DNA from: Ignavibacteriota bacterium
Lineage (GTDB): Bacteria; Bacteroidota; Ignavibacteria; UBA10030; CAVZMI01
Length of the DNA stretch: 64,000 nucleotides
Reading direction: 5' to 3'
Assembly: GCA_963776275.1 (NCBI GenBank)
Contig: CAVZMI010000021.1
Location: 64,001-128,000, forward strand
Positions 20,080 through 30,596 of the stretch are shown in pieces; position 1 is the stretch's first letter, and every line of letters begins with the position of its first letter. The notes under the pieces were generated by a model. That model was not told the DNA's origin and did no database searches. It was given only the letters and a program-made list of their open reading frames with translations. The position numbers and the translations under genes are program-made.

Positions 20080-21815
20080 ATGGTTCACACATATGATATT
20101 GTTATCGTTGGAGCAGGCGGGGCCGGATTGCGTGCTGCGATTGAAACACCCCCCGGTGCAACCTGCGCGGTAATTACAAAAGTTTTTCCATCGCGCTCGC
20201 ATACGGGAACGGCACAAGGTGGCGTGTGTGCGGCATTAGCCAATGAAGAAGAAGATTCTTGGGAATGGCATATGTTCGATACAGTTAAGGGCGGTGACTA
20301 CCTTGGTGACCAGGATGCAATCGAGATTATGTGTCAGGATGCCATTCGTGCAATCATCGAACTCGAGCACATGGGGCTCCCCTTCTCGCGCACCCACGAT
20401 GGAAAAATAGCACAACGCCGTTTCGGCGGTCACACACGGGATTTCGGCAAAGCACCGGTGAAACGCGCGTGTTATTCTGCAGATCAGCCGGTCACGTCAT
20501 GCTGCAAACGCTGTTCGAGAATTGCATCCGCAACAGAGTAAATTTTTTTCCCGAATATTTGGTCACAGATCTTATTATCGATAAAAAAGGAATTTGCTGC
20601 GGTGTTGTTGCATACGACATCGCAACGGGTGAGATACATACATTCCACGCACGGGCGGTAATGTTTGCTACAGGCGGATACGGCCGCGCATATCGCATCA
20701 CCTCGAATGCAATGATCAGCACGGGAGACGGATTTGACATTATGTACGAACGGGGTATCCCGCTGGAAGACATGGAGTTCGTCCAATTCCATCCAACGGG
20801 TCTCTGGAAACTTGGTATTCTTGTTTCCGAGGCAGCCCGTGGTGAAGGTGGAATTCTCCTGAACAACAGGGGTGAAAGATTCATGGAACGATACGCTCCG
20901 ACGGTGAAAGACCTTGCACCACGCGACATGATCTCGCGTGCCATCATGACCGAAATCCGCGAAGGTCGCGGCTTTCAAGGAACTGATGGAACGTACTATA
21001 TCAATCTCGACGTTTCCCATCTCGGGAAAAAAGTCATCGATGAAAAAATCCCGGAGATTACAGGATTCGCCCGCACCTATCTTGGCGTCGAACCGACGAA
21101 AGAACCGATCCCGGTTCAGCCGACTACACATTATGCGATGGGAGGGATTCCCACAGATATCGACGGCCACGTATTGATCGATGCCAAAGGAAACAATATG
21201 CCTGGATTGTACTCTGCCGGCGAATGTGCCTGTGTCTCTGTTCATGGTGCGAATCGTCTGGGCACAAATTCGCTTCTCGACATTGTTGTTTTTGGCCGGC
21301 GGGGAGGAAAAGCGATTGCCGAGTATTTGAAGACAGCCGAATTCGTCCCGCTTCCAAAAAACGCGGAAGAAAAAAGCCGTGACCACATATCTACAATTCT
21401 CTGTAACGTAGGCAAGGAATCGGTTGCAACACTACGCACCAAGCTCCAGGAAACAATGATGGAGAATGTCGGCATCTTTAGGACGAAGGCTGGCATTAAA
21501 AAGGCCCTGAAGAAAATTGAAGAAATCAAGAGCCGGTACAAACATACCGCCATTGAAGATAAGGGAAAGACATTTAATACCGATCTGGTGGAAGCAATTG
21601 AACTGAAACATCTCATCGGGACTTCGGAAGCGATTGCCATTTCCGCCTTGAACCGCGAGGAAAGTCGTGGCGCCCACGCGTGTGAAGATTTTCCAAAACG
21701 CGACGACAAAAAATGGTTAAAGCACACTTTCCTCACACTAAAAGATGGAAAGACAAGGATCACCTATAAACCGGTAACGATTACACGATTCCAACCGCAA
21801 GAGAGAAAGTACTAA
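20080..21815 (+). CDS. sdhA: succinate dehydrogenase flavoprotein subunit (1-nt frameshift near 20486)
   Basis: [35 protein letters not shown]. Two track ORFs join at the expected ADRTGH motif. Confidence 0.95.
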
Positions 21816-21835
21816 GGGAACCTTAAGGAGACTTT

Positions 21836-22545
21836 ATGGAAGTGGTGTTCAAAATACAACGATTTGATCCCCAAAAAGATCAAGCTCCATATTATCACGA
21901 ATATAAAGTTCCGAATGTAGACACGAACTGGAGCATACTGGACGTGCTCAACGAGATCAAATGGAAACAGGATGGCACGTTAACCTATCGCCGCTCATGC
22001 GCACACGGCATCTGCGGTTCGGATGGTGTACGGATCAACGGGAAAAACCGACTCGCATGCGCACTGCTTCTACAGGATATAGAATATAAGAAGACCGTAA
22101 CGATCGAACCGCTCCCCGCACTGCCCGTCATCAAAGATCTTGTGGTGAACCTGCAAAGTTTTTATGATAAGTATGAAGTAATCAAGCCATACCTGATAAA
22201 TAAGAATCCGCCGCCTGAACGCGAACGACTCCAGAGTAATAAAGATGCGGAACTGCTTTTCGAATCGGCAAAATGTATTCTGTGCGCCTGTTGTACAACG
22301 TCATGCCCATCGCTCTGGGCACGAACGAGAATTATCTGGGGCCTGCTTCATTCTTGAAAGTATTTCGATTTGTGTTTGATACGCGTGATGAAGCTGCAGA
22401 CGAGCGTCTCAATATTATCGACACACAGGATGGAATATGGCGGTGTCATACAATCTTCAATTGCGTTGAAGCGTGTCCGAAAGAGATCGATATCACATGG
22501 CACATTTCGCAATTGAAGAAGAAACTGGTGGCAAGAAAATATTAA
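21836..22545 (+). CDS. sdhB: succinate dehydrogenase iron-sulfur subunit (1-nt frameshift near 22318)
   Basis: RRSCAHGICGSDG, CILCACCTTSCP, CHTIFNCVEACP; the break is in a G-run. Confidence 0.95.
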
Positions 22546-22683
22546 TGATTGGTTTTTTAAACACTTCGTTCTCTGCGGATTCTTTGAGTTCTCCGTGTTT
22601 TTCTTTTTCACATTGATAAAAATATAAACACTGAGTCACAGAGGACACGGAGTGGAGATTGTTTTAGACTGTGTCTTTCAGAA

Positions 22684-22730
22684 AAAACCGGCTGATTTGC
22701 GAACTCTGAACGATTCAACCAGCCGGTTTT
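22684..22730. terminator. putative bidirectional terminator between convergent genes
   Basis: AAAACCGGCTG...CAGCCGGTTTT inverted repeat. Confidence 0.6.
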
Positions 22731-22766
22731 ATTATAAGGTTCTATAGGAAATGATGCACCATCTTC

Positions 22767-23243
22767 CTATTTATTCACTACCAATGTTCCCGCCATCATA
22801 TCGTGCAGCGCTTGTTTTTTCTCTGTGAACGCCGCCATGATAAATCCGATGTATAATATCATTCCTGATATTATTTTCCCGAAGTATCGGCCGGTCGCTT
22901 TTCCAAAGCTTATTTTCCCCGCATTTAGATCCGTTACTATAATCCCCAGCGCCATTTTCCCCAGTGTCGCCTGGCGGGACGACGATTCCATCAACGCAAA
23001 ATAGAGCCATGCTAGGATCATCAACACGAGGAGTGCAAAAAATAATCCCCCGAAAATGAGACCGATTAATCCTGCGGCGGCCTCCGGGTTATCCATCGAA
23101 CTTCCGACTCCTGCACCCACGCCGATCACAGCCAGGAATGGGACGAGCACAAGAAAATTAACCAATCCCAGAATCAGACCATCGATGAGATATGCTGCAA
23201 CACGTTTCCAGAATCCCGCATACGTTACAACTTGAGGTTCCAT
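22767..23243 (-). CDS. RDD family membrane protein
   Basis: YAGFWKRVAAYLID, QATLGKMALGI, KKQALHDMMAGTLVV. Confidence 0.93.
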   Translation of the reverse strand: MEPQVVTYAGFWKRVAAYLIDGLILGLVNFLVLVPFLAVIGVGAGVGSSMDNPEAAAGLIGLIFGGLFFALLVLMILAWLYFALMESSSRQATLGKMALGIIVTDLNAGKISFGKATGRYFGKIISGMILYIGFIMAAFTEKKQALHDMMAGTLVVNK

Positions 23244-23318
23244 GGCGTATCCTTTCTTTTTGTAAGGGGTGGATAATGTAACGAAATTACTGTATAATGG
23301 AATCTACGGAATCATTTT

Positions 23319-23720
23319 ATGGAAATCAAAACATATATTATATCAATCGTATTAGTGTGGCTCACCGTGGTTGTCACTGAATATATCGGCCATCATTTGA
23401 TTTTTTCGAGGGTCTGGAAGAAGTTTGGCGAATATCCTCCCGTCGAAGAGATTGGTTCCGATAAAATGTCATGGAATATGCTGGCGGCATTAATTTATTC
23501 AGTCGTTTTTGTTCAGCTTTACACGCTGAATTTTATCGGTACGGGGCCCACGGTCGGACTCCAATTCGGGCTTCTTATCGGCTGTATAATCTCCATACCC
23601 CGGCTTCTTCACCAGCGTGCCCATTCACCGCTTAGATGGGAACTTGAAATTATCTCCCCCTTCATCACCATCGCAGAATCGGGATTCTCAGGGATCCTGG
23701 TGGCATGGATGTTTCAATAG
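23319..23720 (+). CDS. hypothetical membrane protein (~4 TM)
   Basis: Four hydrophobic segments; GLQFGLLIG. Confidence 0.7.
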   Translation: MEIKTYIISIVLVWLTVVVTEYIGHHLIFSRVWKKFGEYPPVEEIGSDKMSWNMLAALIYSVVFVQLYTLNFIGTGPTVGLQFGLLIGCIISIPRLLHQRAHSPLRWELEIISPFITIAESGFSGILVAWMFQ

Positions 23721-23786
23721 GCTTTATTAAAAAGATTAGTTGAAATTTCGGATTTGGGACTTATCCTGAGTTTATCGAGGGATAAA

Positions 23787-24422
23787 TCATCGAAATGAAA
23801 ATATAATTAGGCAAACTTTTGGATTTAGTTTCTGCATTGCTTTATTACTTGATTGAAAATCACGATCTCCCATAACTGAATCATATTCTTTTTCATGGAT
23901 TGTTCTTACATCTATATCAGGTACAAGATATAGACGAATCTCAGACAGTCGATCAGCAAGTTTACCTTTTTCCCATGAAATAACAGCTCCTTCATAATCC
24001 CAGGCAAATCCTGCAAGCACAAACGATTTTCCATTAAGTAATTCCAGTTCTTTAAGCGAAGTACCAAGTGTAATATCTTTATATGTCCGCCATAAAGTTT
24101 TTGACCCACTAATTCTTACTTCTTGGGGATATTTTTGATTTATCGAATCTTTCCATAAAATGCGAAGAGTTTTTTGTTCATCATTAGGAAAAATAACACT
24201 CCCGGGTTCGGTAAATCCTTCTCCTATATATATTCTGTCGCTGACGACATTTGGTTCTCCGAAAATCATTTTTAATTCTGAAGCGGTTGTCCCGGGAGAA
24301 ATCGGACCGATATTTTCCTGGGGAATAATACGCCAATCAAATGGTTTTGAAATTTCCTGGGCCGACAGGAATTGCGGAACAATAAAAACAACAGTGATGA
24401 ATTTTAATAAAAACTTTTTCAT
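23787..24422 (-). CDS. hypothetical secreted protein (AT-rich)
   Basis: Signal peptide MKKFLLK...LSAQ; ITLGTSLKELELLNGK..GFAWDY motif. Confidence 0.75.
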   Translation of the reverse strand: MKKFLLKFITVVFIVPQFLSAQEISKPFDWRIIPQENIGPISPGTTASELKMIFGEPNVVSDRIYIGEGFTEPGSVIFPNDEQKTLRILWKDSINQKYPQEVRISGSKTLWRTYKDITLGTSLKELELLNGKSFVLAGFAWDYEGAVISWEKGKLADRLSEIRLYLVPDIDVRTIHEKEYDSVMGDRDFQSSNKAMQKLNPKVCLIIFSFR

Positions 24423-24658
24423 AGCATGCCTTATAATATTTTCTATTGATTTGTTGCTATGTATCTTTTGCAGTCTATCAGAACTTCCTTACGACGGGAA
24501 AGCCAGGCTCCCCTCCTTTTTCAATTGGCCGAAATTCTCTTTCTAAAAAGATTTGGAGTAGACTTGTCCGTCGGAATCCCAATGGCTTGCCATGAGCTTT
24601 CGGCCCGAGCGGCTCGACCCGCTTCGGCGAGCGAGGCGAGAACTCCCTCGGAGCTGGC

Positions 24659-25243
24659 TCATTTCTTCAACCATTCTTCGAACAAAGCATCAAAAACATT
24701 TTTTGAAAATTTTCTGGACTTGAATTGTCCCGCCTCCATTCGCTGGCGAAAGGCTTCATAGAGCGATACTGCACAGGCAACCGAGACGTTGAGGCTTTGA
24801 ATCATTCCCATCATCGGAATCAGAAAATTCCCGTCGGCTTTCTCTGCCGCTTCATCCGATACACCGCGGTGCTCGTTGCCGAATACAAGCGCTACCGGAC
24901 GCGTGAGGTCGAGCGAATAAAGCGACACGGCCTCTTCGCCAAGATGGGTAGCATAGATATGAAAACCTTCGCTGTGAAGTTTTGAGTAACATTTGTCTAT
25001 TGAAGTAAATTTCCGTCTCAATACCCATTTTCGTGCACTTGCCGAACTTTTTTCGCCTATTTTGGGAAATTCCTCCTTCGTGTAGACCAGCTGCACTTCC
25101 ATTACGCCGACGGCATCTGCGGATCGAAGCATTGCACTCACATTGTGCGGATCGTGGATATTTTCCATGACGATGGTCAGGTCGGGCTGCCGGTGTCTCA
25201 GCACCGAGTGTATTTTTTTTAAGCGCTGATCGGTGCGTTTCAC
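24659..25243 (-). CDS. trmH: tRNA (Gm18) 2'-O-methyltransferase, SpoU/TrmH family
   Basis: ENIHDPHNVSAMLRSADA, VFGNEHRGVS, IPMMGMIQSLNVSVA. Confidence 0.9.
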   Translation of the reverse strand: MKRTDQRLKKIHSVLRHRQPDLTIVMENIHDPHNVSAMLRSADAVGVMEVQLVYTKEEFPKIGEKSSASARKWVLRRKFTSIDKCYSKLHSEGFHIYATHLGEEAVSLYSLDLTRPVALVFGNEHRGVSDEAAEKADGNFLIPMMGMIQSLNVSVACAVSLYEAFRQRMEAGQFKSRKFSKNVFDALFEEWLKK

Positions 25244-26130
25244 TATTCCTCCGATTCTTCACGATTTATCTCAATGAGGCTGACTGCAGCTAGAACAGTT
25301 ATTGCTCCCGTGATCTGGACAAAACTTAATTTTTCACCTATGAAGAGATATGCTGAAACAATCGCCACTACCGGCTCGAGCGTACTTACGATACTTGCGC
25401 GACTCACCTGTACGAGATGGAGTCCGGCACTGAAAAACGAATAGGGAATCAGGATGGAGCCGATGGAAAAGAGGAGGAAAATTCCCCAATCATGAAGCGT
25501 ATAGCCCTGTGATATAATTTCGACCGGTGTATTGATGCAAAGCCAGAACAGCATAGCAAACCCGAATGCATAGATGAGCATTGTCCAATGCTGGTACCGC
25601 CGTAAAATATGTTTGCCCATGATGATCATGAAAGAAAAAGTTAAAGCCGAACCTATCCCCGTTACTATCCCCAATCCCTGGAGGTGGATTGTCGTTATGT
25701 CGCCGCCGCTCACTGCTAGAAAACAACCTATCATCGAGAGAGCAAGAGCAAAAAATTTTATCTTTGTAAATCGTTCTTCGTGAAAGAAGGTCGCATAGAG
25801 TGTCACCATCACCGGTGCGGTATACTGGATGAGAATTGCTGTCGCGACCGTGGTCTCTTTAACCGTAAAATAGTACAGGAAGTTCGTTGCCGCGATCCCG
25901 ATGACGCCGAGCGTAATGAGTGAACCAAGATCACGGATATGAATTTTCAACATCGCACGATTGGTTATACTAAAGTACCCGAAGAGGAGCAGAAATGCCA
26001 GTGACGAACGAGTCTGTACAATAATGAGTGTGTCGATATTATGCATGAAAAGATATTTAGCAACCGTTGCAGATACACCCCAGAACAGCACTGCTATCAT
26101 GATAAAAATATAGCCGCGGAGTGTCTTCAT
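25243..26130 (-). CDS. EamA/DMT family transporter
   Basis: Two EamA repeats (~10 TM), LIQYTAP, STLEPV. Confidence 0.92.
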   Translation of the reverse strand: MKTLRGYIFIMIAVLFWGVSATVAKYLFMHNIDTLIIVQTRSSLAFLLLFGYFSITNRAMLKIHIRDLGSLITLGVIGIAATNFLYYFTVKETTVATAILIQYTAPVMVTLYATFFHEERFTKIKFFALALSMIGCFLAVSGGDITTIHLQGLGIVTGIGSALTFSFMIIMGKHILRRYQHWTMLIYAFGFAMLFWLCINTPVEIISQGYTLHDWGIFLLFSIGSILIPYSFFSAGLHLVQVSRASIVSTLEPVVAIVSAYLFIGEKLSFVQITGAITVLAAVSLIEINREESEE

Positions 26131-26735
26131 GCTGAAGGCGATGGTTGATCGGGCGGGGACGGCGGTTCGACCGGAGATGATGGGGGTGAGCCCGCTCCGC
26201 CGCGAGGCGAGCCCGCTTCATCGGCTTTGAGTTTATAATATTCGCTCAGATCGGCATCTCCGAGGATCGCATACAGTTTGGAAAGTCTTCGGAGCAAATG
26301 TTCGGATTCAACCACATGCTCTAGACCGAATTTAAGGAACTCGATCAGACCGTCAATCGGGGGAATGTTTAAATCCGGTTCGTAACAATCACTTGCGTCA
26401 AGATACGAGGCGGGGTCCGTAGGCCGCGTATATGCGGCTTTTTTGTAATATGTCAACGCAAGTTCGTAGTTGTCGTATGCCGAATATGTGACGGCAAAGA
26501 CGCTCGCAAGCCATCGATATACTTCAAAGGCAATGTCCGGAAACTCCTTGGCAAGTTTTTCACCAAACAAACAGAGTTCATCGGGAGTAAGTGAATGGTT
26601 CCAGAACAATAATCGATAGAGCTCAAGATCGACGAGTCGTTGATTCACAGCATCTTCAAACGCATCAAAGATTTCGTTGAATTCGTTGGAACCGGCAAAG
26701 CGTCTTCTTATTTCTTCGACTGCAAATCGTGCCAT
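26127..26735 (-). CDS. hypothetical TPR-like protein with a Pro/Ser-rich tail
   Basis: YELALTYYKKAA helical repeat; start reset to ATG at 26735. Confidence 0.65.
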   Translation of the reverse strand: MARFAVEEIRRRFAGSNEFNEIFDAFEDAVNQRLVDLELYRLLFWNHSLTPDELCLFGEKLAKEFPDIAFEVYRWLASVFAVTYSAYDNYELALTYYKKAAYTRPTDPASYLDASDCYEPDLNIPPIDGLIEFLKFGLEHVVESEHLLRRLSKLYAILGDADLSEYYKLKADEAGSPRGGAGSPPSSPVEPPSPPDQPSPSA

Positions 26736-26797
26736 GGGTTGACGCGTGGACGTGACAAACACCGATCTAATTGAACAGTAGATATAAAAATTCAATT

Positions 26798-26828
26798 TGG
26801 GGGCGCCGCCTACCTCCCTTGCCCCCAA
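26798..26828 (-). terminator. hairpin, possible terminator
   Basis: TTGGGGGC...GCCCCCAA stem followed by AT-rich/T-run sequence on the minus strand. Confidence 0.45.
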
Positions 26829-26909
26829 TTCCCGGTGAGAATGCGTTCTTTTCTGGTTTTTTCCAGTTGAAAAAAACTTACAAAACATGTATCTGAAAAG
26901 CAACTCCGG

Positions 26910-28717
26910 TCACCGTATCGTCATATATTTTGAAATCGTTTCCTTTTCGGTTTTGAGTGTATAGCGATAAGAACCTTTTACAAGTTTCAGGCGATAGAGA
27001 GGAACGACAAACGAACCCGCGCCTTGCATTGCATCCACCATCGTCTCAATATAATTTCCATTCTCATCGAAGAGCTGAAGGGATACCTGTGAAGGTTGTG
27101 CAAGCTGATATGCAATATATGTCTTACGGTCCATCGGATTTGGTATGTTTTGTGCCAGCATTGTTTTCGGCTCGAAATATTGCCGCATTACAACTGCTTC
27201 CTGAAATTCAGCAGTTGTCATATTCGACGGCTGACTTTCAATGTTCGCTTTATCGAATGCTGTGACTACATAGAAATATTTCAATGCTGTGGGTCGGTCT
27301 ATGATATCTGTGAATGCGGTCTGTAATCCGGATGTAACAGCAACGAAACAGTCGGATGTGGAGATATCGATCGTCGGAGAGATCGAGCGATAGATGGCAT
27401 ACCGTTGCGGTGCATATTCTTCAGTGGCAGACGATGGTGGATCCCATTCCAGTGTAAACATACCGGCACTTACTTCTTTTACCCGTAGGTTCTTGGGTGT
27501 GCCGGGAGGCAATGTGTATTTCCATCGCATTGGAGGAATAAGCGCCGGCTTTGAATATCGATTACGAAAGACGGCAACATCTTTCACATCGTTATAAGTG
27601 AAGTAACATTCACCCCCAGCGCCTATGACACGGACGAATCGATCATAGCCGGAATTTGTTGAGGGATACCGGGCCGGAACGCTCCGATTCCGGCATAGAC
27701 ATGACGTCCCCATGAATTATCCTGCCAATCGCGTAATAGCACTGAGAATCGCGGATTGGAATATAGTTCCCAGTACAGTTGCGGTATGATATAATCCACA
27801 ATCCCTTCACGAAGCCACTGCCTTGTGTCCTGATACAGCAATGAATACGACTGCCATCCGGATGCTTCCGGCAGATTTTTATAAATCCCAATCGGCGCAG
27901 CACCGATCTTCAATAATGGCTTTACTGCTGTCGCCCGCTTATAAAATTCCCTGAGGAACAATGTGACATTAAGCCGACGCCATTCATCGCGCGATAAGGA
28001 ACCGCCATAGATCGCATAGGATGAATAATCGTCAAATTCCGGCCCCGGATAGCGCAGATAATCAAAATTAATAGCATCGATATCATACTTCTCCACTAAC
28101 TCCATGGCTATGTCAATCAGTCGTGTACGAACTTGCGGGTAGCCGATATCAAGCCACCATTCAATACTCCCGTTACCGTTTCCGTTCTTATTTCTCCATC
28201 GTTTTAACCATTCAGGATGCGTATGTGCGATGTGGGCCGGAGAAGTCAGAGGCGGGGGATTTTCTCCATCTGCGACTTTGCAAACGTTCCACCACGCATG
28301 GAATTCCAGTCCAAATTTATGAGCCTCTTCGATGGCAAACTTCAGCGGGTCATAATCGGGTTTCCCTCCGAGCACTCCGGTTACGGATGAGGCGAAAGGT
28401 TCGAACTGCGAGGGATACATCACATCGCCGCGAGCACGGACCTGAAACACAACCGCATTAAGATTATTCAGACGGACTGTTTGATAAATATTTATGAGTT
28501 CGAGACGTTGTTCACGGGGATATTTCGACTTTGGCCAGATCGAACCATAGACTGTCGTAATCCAGACACCCCGAAACTCATACTTTGGAGAAAAAGAATA
28601 TGAAGTGTACGACTGGCCCTGAACCGGTCGTGGTAAAAGGTATGCGATGAATATTATAAGGCCAATAGCTACTCGATACATGAAAATAACTTTTTTACTT
28701 TTTTCCGAAGTTTTCAC
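26910..28717 (-). CDS. GHL10 (YddW/DigH-like) glycoside hydrolase + FN3 + T9SS C-terminal sorting domain (frameshift near 27635)
   Basis: EFRGVWITTV, NAVVFQVR, DPLKFAIEEAH..GLEFHAW, DYIIPQLYW; FN3 (LEWDPP...YYVVTAFD-like...ES); CTD LAQNIPNP. Confidence 0.85.
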
Positions 28718-28780
28718 ATCCTGGTTTAATTACATCATGGATAATCCTGATGCGATTCTTATGGGGAATAAATACCCTTT

Positions 28781-30313
28781 TCATTGTAATTTTCCGATTG
28801 ATTTTTCAACCGCCTGCAAAACCGCTCCGGACCGAAGCAAAGAAAGCGATGTCTGGATATCATCATAGATTACCCGGTCATGCTCGAGGTGCTCTATATG
28901 CCGTCGGACAGTCCGATAGGCAGCCTCCGTACCTTTTCCGCACTTCATCGGCCGATGGAAGTCAATCCCCTGACATGCCACCATCATCTCAATAGCAATC
29001 ACCTGCTGGACATTATGCAAAATTCTCCAGGCTTTCTGTGCACTGATCGAGCCCATACTATTATGATCCTCCTGATTGGCCGAGGTCGGAATAGAATCGA
29101 CACTGGCAGGATGGGCGAGAACCTTATTTTCCGATACGAGTGAAGCTGCAGTGTACTGTGCAACCATCAATCCAGAATGAAGTCCCCCCTTTTTTATCAG
29201 AAACCTCGGAAGACCACTTAGACTTCCATTAACCATCCGCTCAATCCGCCGCTCCGAGATATTTGCCAATTCCGCAAGAGCAATACCGAGGAAATCCATT
29301 GCCAGCGCAATCGGTTGGCCGTGAAAATTTCCTCCTTCAAGATAATCTTTTTCTTTTGAAAAAATAAGTGGATTATCGGTGGCCGCGTTAACCTCAACCG
29401 CTACAATATTATAGATATAGTCAATCGCATCGTGTGAGGCGCCGTGAACCTGGGGAATACATCGAAGTGAATATGCATCCTGGATCTTGTCGTGATGATG
29501 CAGATGCGATTCCCGTATTTCGCTTCCCTTCATCAACTTTCGAATATTCGATGCGACAATGATCTGTCCCGGGTAAGGACGGAGCCTGTGGATCCGCTCA
29601 TCGTATGAGCGGTCGGCTCCCTTGAGCGCATCGATACTCAGAGCTGCAGCAATGTCTGTGTGCTTGGCAAGGATCTTCGCTTCATGGATAGCAATCGCCG
29701 CATAACCTGTCATCATCTGTGTACCGTTAATCAGTGCAAGACCTTCTTTCGCCATCAATCTTACCGGCTGTAAATCAGTTTTCCGCAGGGCAAGGTTCGC
29801 ATCCATCACTTCATTCTGATACAGGACTTTCCCTTTTCCCATCATTGTCAATACTAGATGTGCCAGCTGGACGAGGTCTCCACTCGAACCTACAGAACCC
29901 TGTGATGGAATAACCGGTGTGATTCCATGGTTCAGGAATTTCACAAGTGTCTGAACGGTTTCAAGACGAACTCCTGAATAACCTTTAGCAAGAGCGTTCG
30001 CCCGTAGTACCATCATCGCCCTTACAATTTCTGGCGGCAGCGGATCGCCCGTCCCTGCCGCATGACTTACTACAAGATTTTGTTGAAGCGCCTCTATGTC
30101 TTCACGACTTATTTTCACATTGCTGAATTCACCGAAGCCGGTTGTGACACCATAGATAACAGCCTCTTTTTCAACCCACGAATCAATAAGTCGGCGTGAA
30201 GCTTTGATTGCACGGACGGCTTTTGGCGTTAGCCCTACTGGATTGTTTCGTACGGCAACCTGAGCAACCTGTTCGATTGTCAGGGAATTTCCATCAAGTA
30301 ATATGACATTCAT
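28781..30313 (-). CDS. hutH: histidine ammonia-lyase
   Basis: YGVTTGFG, GSVGSSGDL (MIO), KEGLALING, QDAYSLRC, GGNFHG, NQEDHNSMG. Confidence 0.96.
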   Translation of the reverse strand: MNVILLDGNSLTIEQVAQVAVRNNPVGLTPKAVRAIKASRRLIDSWVEKEAVIYGVTTGFGEFSNVKISREDIEALQQNLVVSHAAGTGDPLPPEIVRAMMVLRANALAKGYSGVRLETVQTLVKFLNHGITPVIPSQGSVGSSGDLVQLAHLVLTMMGKGKVLYQNEVMDANLALRKTDLQPVRLMAKEGLALINGTQMMTGYAAIAIHEAKILAKHTDIAAALSIDALKGADRSYDERIHRLRPYPGQIIVASNIRKLMKGSEIRESHLHHHDKIQDAYSLRCIPQVHGASHDAIDYIYNIVAVEVNAATDNPLIFSKEKDYLEGGNFHGQPIALAMDFLGIALAELANISERRIERMVNGSLSGLPRFLIKKGGLHSGLMVAQYTAASLVSENKVLAHPASVDSIPTSANQEDHNSMGSISAQKAWRILHNVQQVIAIEMMVACQGIDFHRPMKCGKGTEAAYRTVRRHIEHLEHDRVIYDDIQTSLSLLRSGAVLQAVEKSIGKLQ

Positions 30314-30596
30314 ATATACGTTGACCGCATGTCAGGTTGATCATTCTGATCCAACATCCTAAAAATGTATGTATAACTTAGAAAATCTTCAAGAAGAATC
30401 CATTTAAACTGGTTTTTTCATCGAGAAATAAGGAAAATGTAAAAATTACACTGAATATCATTCTGAAGATTGTTTCTATCTTTTTAGGCTTAAGAATCTA
30501 TATAATTTAATTATTATTGTTTACGACTGAATTTTTTACATGTTTGTGCCGAAAATAGTGACAGGTGGCATGTAAGATTTACATGGTACAGAAGGG

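Noticed and set aside
20480-22325. Programmed frameshifting in sdhA/sdhB
   Set aside because: There is no slippery heptamer or stimulatory structure, and the same kind of lesion is scattered across unrelated genes.
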